DNA of 64,000 bases from assembly GCF_009914755.1 (NCBI RefSeq), contig NC_060932.1. One strand, given 5' to 3'. Numbering within the stretch: position 1 is the stretch's first letter; every line of letters starts with the position of its first letter. This DNA is from the human T2T-CHM13v2.0 reference genome, Homo sapiens. The translations under genes and the position numbers were made by a program. Positions 59,031 through 64,000 of this stretch are shown one piece after another. Below the pieces are notes generated by a model. That model did no database searches, was not told the origin of the DNA, and was given only the letters and a program-made list of their open reading frames with translations.

Positions 59031-61519
59031 ATCATATAGTTTTGAAGTTAATAGGAACCTGATAGTACACAAGACTTAGAGTCAAATGGTTTGTTTGAAG
59101 ATCTTGTTCTGCCCCTTTCTAGCATTATGGCTTTAGGCGATTCAGCATCTCTGAGCTTTTCACTCATCAATAAAATTAAATACCTACTCTCTTGCCTCAA
59201 GTGGTGGCAGTAAACAACCAATAAAAGAATACTCATTGAAGAGCTTTTCAACCCATATGTCATCTAGCAAGTACTTTTTGTCATTACCATTATTATTTTC
59301 TTAAAGGTCATAAACTAAAGGCTAGATCTCACTATCAGGCATGTTTTCTCCAGCCATACTTTTTTAAGTTTTAAAGTAGTTTTTGAAAAGTCAGAATATC
59401 TTGCAGCACTAAGTATCTATCTTCATGGTGCCAATCTGCTGGAACCAACTAAATGCTGTCTGTTTAGACAGTGCATGTGCGCTTAAGTTGGCTACCACAC
59501 CTTAATGTTCACGCTAAGTTCTTTGCGCTTATTCGTTGCTCACCTGACCCCTAGAAACATTTGTGTTTAGGACCCCTGATCTACTTTAGCTTCTCCTATC
59601 CTTGACCCCGCACTGGTTAACTGCTAACCTAGGGTTAAATCCAATTTGGATAGCTCTGTTTGATGTAAATGTTTTCCTTATGTTGGAGGCATCTGTCTTC
59701 TTGTAGCTTCCACCCATTGGTTCTGGTTCAACCTTCTGAAGCAATGCAGGTAAAGACTATTCCCTCTTTATATGACAGCCCCTCACATCCTTGAAGACAG
59801 GGACAATCTGTATGCCACATATAGAATATAAACATGTGTCCCCAGTTCACTGTGGTTCTTCTTACCCAAGAGATTCTTTAGCCAGATGTTCTGCCCAATC
59901 GTATTAATCTGGCTGCCATACTCTCTTACTGATTTCATTCTTGATTTATTGACCAGACTTAGGAGATGCCTTGATTTTCCATGTTAAAGAAGATGCACAA
60001 TTATTAAGATGACTGACTACTTCCACAAATTTTAAAATTTAAAAAATGGCTTTAGAAACATTTTGTGGGGTTTTAAAGAAAGTTTTGCAATCCTAGTTAC
60101 AAAAAAAATTTCTCATTTTTTAAATTTGGAGAGTTTTTAGCTTCAAAAATTGCCTTTAAAAATAACAGTGATATATATCCATAATAGTAAAACAGAAATG
60201 TATAAAGTGCATTGTCAACCTCCCTCTTTCCTTGTTCTTCCTTTTCAGAAATATTTCCTTTTCACACACACATATATATACATATTTATGAAAAATAAAA
60301 AGCACATATATATAAAATAAAAAAGGTATATATATGTGTGTGTGTGTGTGTATGTGTGCGTAAGTTTTATTTTTCACAAATGAGATTATGCCATGGTATT
60401 CTGTGACTTGTTTATTTCACAAAATAATCATCTTGAATATTTTTCCATTTAGTAATATATAGTTACCTCATTCTTTTAATGTTGAATCCTTTTATTTAAA
60501 TTATTTTATTTTATTGAACCTTAAAGTTGGAAGAGACCTTACAGCTCACCTCTTAGCCTTCCTGACAATGAAGAAACTAAACTCCCCTTTATAAAATTCT
60601 TGGCAAATAGTCAGTCTGCCTGAGCTCAAATCCTTCTAGCTATTTGGTGCTTAGTATCGCCTGAGGCTAGACATCCCCTCTGTGAATGGCTATGTTTAGT
60701 GGAGGGTTTTCCTGAGTATTAAACTGGGATAGCGAGAAGAATTTTCTTAGTTTTTCTTAAATCTTTAGTGTCAAATAAGAATTAGAAATGAATACGTAAT
60801 AACATCGTATTTTATGTTTACCTAATGACATCAAAACTTCCTGATGCTTTGCCACATGAGCTGGAATGAGAATTGATAATCACTACTCTGATCTAACTGT
60901 CCCCAGATCCTTTAACCAAGCCATACCTCTGCAGAGTATGTGGACTTCTCATCCCACATAATCCAGGCTGAAAAGACCCAAACACACTTTAGCCTGCCAA
61001 TGTTTACATTTGGTCCTCAAAACCAAAAGACATTTCCAGATGCAGTCTGAGCAGAGCAGAATGAATCAGAGTCCACTGGTGACCAGTATCCTGGGGGATG
61101 CAGGATGGAAAGGGAAAAGTGCTATTGAGCAAGGATTGATGGTCAATCCTTAGGCAGAATGGAAATGAAGTTTATTGTGTGTGTGAAAGCAACAGGAGAC
61201 GAACTTTCAAATGGGTTGGCAGGATTCCTGCCTTAAATCAACATTAGAACCACTTTGTAGTTGACAGTTTGATTTCATTGACTCCTGCTGGGTAAACTGA
61301 ATGGTGGCAAAATGGCATTTCAAGCCTTCAGTCTGAGGATGAGACGATGGATGGAGTCAGTTTTCACAGGCTGCGGCTGATTTATAGTACTCATTAAATT
61401 CTCAGAGAAGACAGTTGTCAAAATCATTGACTACCCTGAATATTTATTACTCCATGACCTTCCGCTCTTCCCCACAGATGAGATGGTGAACTGATGTCCT
61501 TTCTCCCTTTCCTTTACAG

Positions 61520-61576
61520 AATCACTTCCTACACGACCACCAACTTTTCCTCCAACCATTCCACCAGCAAAAGAAG
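61520..61576 (+). CDS. COL14A1: COL14A1 mini-exon: Pro-rich linker before vWA-2 (QSLPTRPPTFPPTIPPAKE)
   Basis: tttcctttacag| and AAG|gtaaaa; 57 nt, phase 1-1. Confidence 0.94.
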
Positions 61577-61662
61577 GTAAAAGAATAATAGAATAATTAT
61601 CTGATTCTAGGTTTAGGATTTGTGTTGGTTTTGTTTGCCTGTTCATTTCAAACCAGGATATT

Positions 61663-61668
61663 AATAAA
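61663..61668 (+). promoter_or_regulatory. Candidate intronic polyadenylation signal AATAAA
   Basis: Canonical hexamer 66 nt after an in-frame read-through stop, followed by T/GT-rich sequence. Confidence 0.45.
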
Positions 61669-62029
61669 GTATATTTATTGTGCTACCTAATTTTCTCCTT
61701 AATACAAATGCTTATCAACCATGATGGGCTTGAATGATATCCATTTAATATCAATTCTGCACACAAAGAGTGGATTTACTAACAGAATTGCTTAATACTA
61801 TTTTTTTTGAAATATCAGAGCAGTTAACATTCATTAAGGAAGCATAGTTACATAATTTGTAAGTGAAAATCCAGTTTGTAGTTCCTCAGATACAGTAATA
61901 GTTTCCCAGCCTACCTCTGAAGTGTCTCTTTCAGTCGTTTTTTCTTTCCTCATCACAACAGTTCCTCATCACCTTTTACCTAAGCCATTAAGGTAACTTT
62001 AAAAAGGCCCTCAACAAAGTAGTGATCAT

Positions 62030-62620
62030 TATTTTTTTATTTCAATAATGAACATTTATTAATCCTGCTATTTATTCTCAAGGCTCTTATAGTAGGCATG
62101 GGAAATACAATAATAATACATGATTGCTGCTCTCTGCTTATTTTTAGTATTAAAGAGAAATAGGTGCTTGCCTAGATAAATACCAGTCAAGTTTATGAGT
62201 TATAAAATAGCAGTTGTATTATGTACCACCCAGAAGTGGTAATGGTTAATACTGCTGCAGATTAATGACTCATAAGGAAGAGGCATTTGATCTACATTTT
62301 GAAGAATGAGTTTGAGAGACAGGTATTGGGATGAATAGCACTCGGTGTCAAGAGTGATCCAACTGCTTAATGGATTTAGTGAACCATAAATGCTTTAGTG
62401 TGGCAAGAAAGAGAAAAGAATGACAGTAGAGTTATGGAGTGGTTAATGTGACAAAATTAGGAATTTGGGCTTTATCCTGTGGGAAATGGCATGTTGTGAG
62501 AATTTTTAAGAAGGAAGGGCAATCTGATGAAATCTATGTTTAAGAATGATAACTTTGGTGAAATAGGGAGGATGGACTAGAAGAATGAGAGGAGAAAGTA
62601 GAACACATTAGAAGGTTGTA
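62030..62620 (-). mobile_element. L2 fragment (degenerate)
   Basis: gaacatttattaatcctgcta...ggaatttgggctttatcctgtgggaaatgg. Confidence 0.55.
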
Positions 62621-63061
62621 TTGGAAGAGCTCTTCCATTCACAATGCATCTTAAAGTGCCTGTTACATACCAGGGAAACAATAAAAAATAAGTTGTTGAG
62701 AGCTTAAAGCCAGTAGATTCAAATGCTGCAGAGAGTAGAAGACACAAATAAACAGAGGCAATTAAGAACTCTAATAAAGCTCAACATTCATCCTAGGATG
62801 GCATGCAGAGTCTTCACAAATCAATCTACTTTGCAGTATTATTTCCCAGAATACATTATATAATAGCAAAATTGTACAACTCAGGGCTCCCCATACATGT
62901 CTTATGCTGTATCTTTGAAAGCTATTCACTCTACCTGGAATGCCAAATTCTTTCTTCTTCCAGCTTCATATCTAGCCTTCTTTAGTCTCAACATCTGTGG
63001 TTATTCTCACTATTGGAACTAGAAACAGAATCCTAATTGATAAATTTACTAATTAGGCACT

Positions 63062-63105
63062 TCTGATGCAGATATTACAGAATGCTCTGTAATATCTGCA
63101 TCAGA
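63062..63105. repeat. Perfect 20-bp inverted repeat with 4-nt loop
   Basis: TCTGATGCAGATATTACAGA-atgc-TCTGTAATATCTGCATCAGA. Confidence 0.97.
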
Positions 63106-64000
63106 TCAGAGTATTTTTATTTATAGCTGAGTATGGATATTATTCCGTAAACATTCATGAATGCTTATAGAAGACTTATGTGATCTGGAAGGGTCTGTGG
63201 GGTTAAGGATTGACAAAGTAGAAACATTGGTTCTGAGATTTTCATCATGATGGTTTAGATGGTGCTTTTGCAACTTGAATGCACTGTGTATTTTAGGCTT
63301 TGTTTGTCCTGGGTATATTTAATTTAAAAGCCAATAAATTTGTATTATTAAAGTAATACTAAATATTTATTAAACGAACATTAAAACGTAGAAAAAACTT
63401 AAAAGAACAGCATTAAAAACACAGCTTTCTACCCCAGAGGTAACTCCTTCATGCATGTGGATATATTTTCTTTCTTTGATTTACTAACTATTCATTTTGA
63501 GTGTATTTTTTAATAGAATTTGCTCTCATTTTGAAAGTGAAACCTAATTTTCATTTTTATCTTTCCATGGAAACAGAGAACCTGTTTATAAACTCATAAT
63601 TAGCAGATCTTGTTATTCCTTTCAGCTTTAAGTTCAAACCACAAATTTGTAAAATTTTATAAATCGCAGAACTCAACCTTATCAGATCCTTACTGCCCCT
63701 AAAGTATTAGCTCACTTGGAGATGGTTTATTTTATATTATAAATAGCTTTAAGGGAATGAAGTTGTACTTCATAAAATAAAAACTAAGTGAGGTTTTTCT
63801 TAAAGAAAGGAGAAAGGCACATTATCTCATAGAATATTTATGTGCAATTGGCCTAAGATTAAAAGATTCAGACTATTGAAGAGCAAATTGTTTGCTTCAT
63901 CATAAAACAGATTCAACTGCAATGATCAGCCCTAATGAAGAGGAGGAGAGGCATAGATAATCTGAAATAGCACATGATACCAAAAAAGAACTTTTAAAAA

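Noticed and set aside
60263-60344. 19-bp inverted repeat cacacacacatatatatac / gtatatatatgtgtgtgtg
   Set aside because: Made of CA/TA microsatellite; complementarity is expected from low complexity

Overview
Primate (human-like) genomic DNA lying entirely inside COL14A1 (collagen XIV alpha-1/undulin) on the + strand. By reading splice sites I recover 16 consecutive internal coding exons (1622-61576, 2034 nt, 678 codons, one open frame). They encode seven fibronectin type III repeats (FN3-2 to FN3-8 in the usual numbering), a Thr-rich linker and the Pro-rich linker before the second vWA domain. Introns are dense in repeats: 17 Alus, a full-length antisense L1PA7/8-like element with TSDs, L1 3' fragments, L2, MIR, MaLR LTRs, MER20, a Tigger4-type MITE and simple repeats. 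I see no new gene or pathway. The best leads are RNA-processing and TE features: (i) a read-through stop plus intronic AATAAA after the last exon, predicting a collagen-less undulin-type isoform; (ii) inverted Alus bracketing a 273-nt stop-free exon pair (circRNA candidate); (iii) an open ORF0-like frame in the L1 5'UTR, co-oriented with the gene; (iv) a self-templated in-frame insertion in L1 ORF2; (v) an AluYd-lineage element about 45 bp from an inverted Alu; (vi) a perfect 20-bp hairpin; (vii) a His codon where I recall Asn563. Repeat subfamily names and literature links are from memory and need checking.
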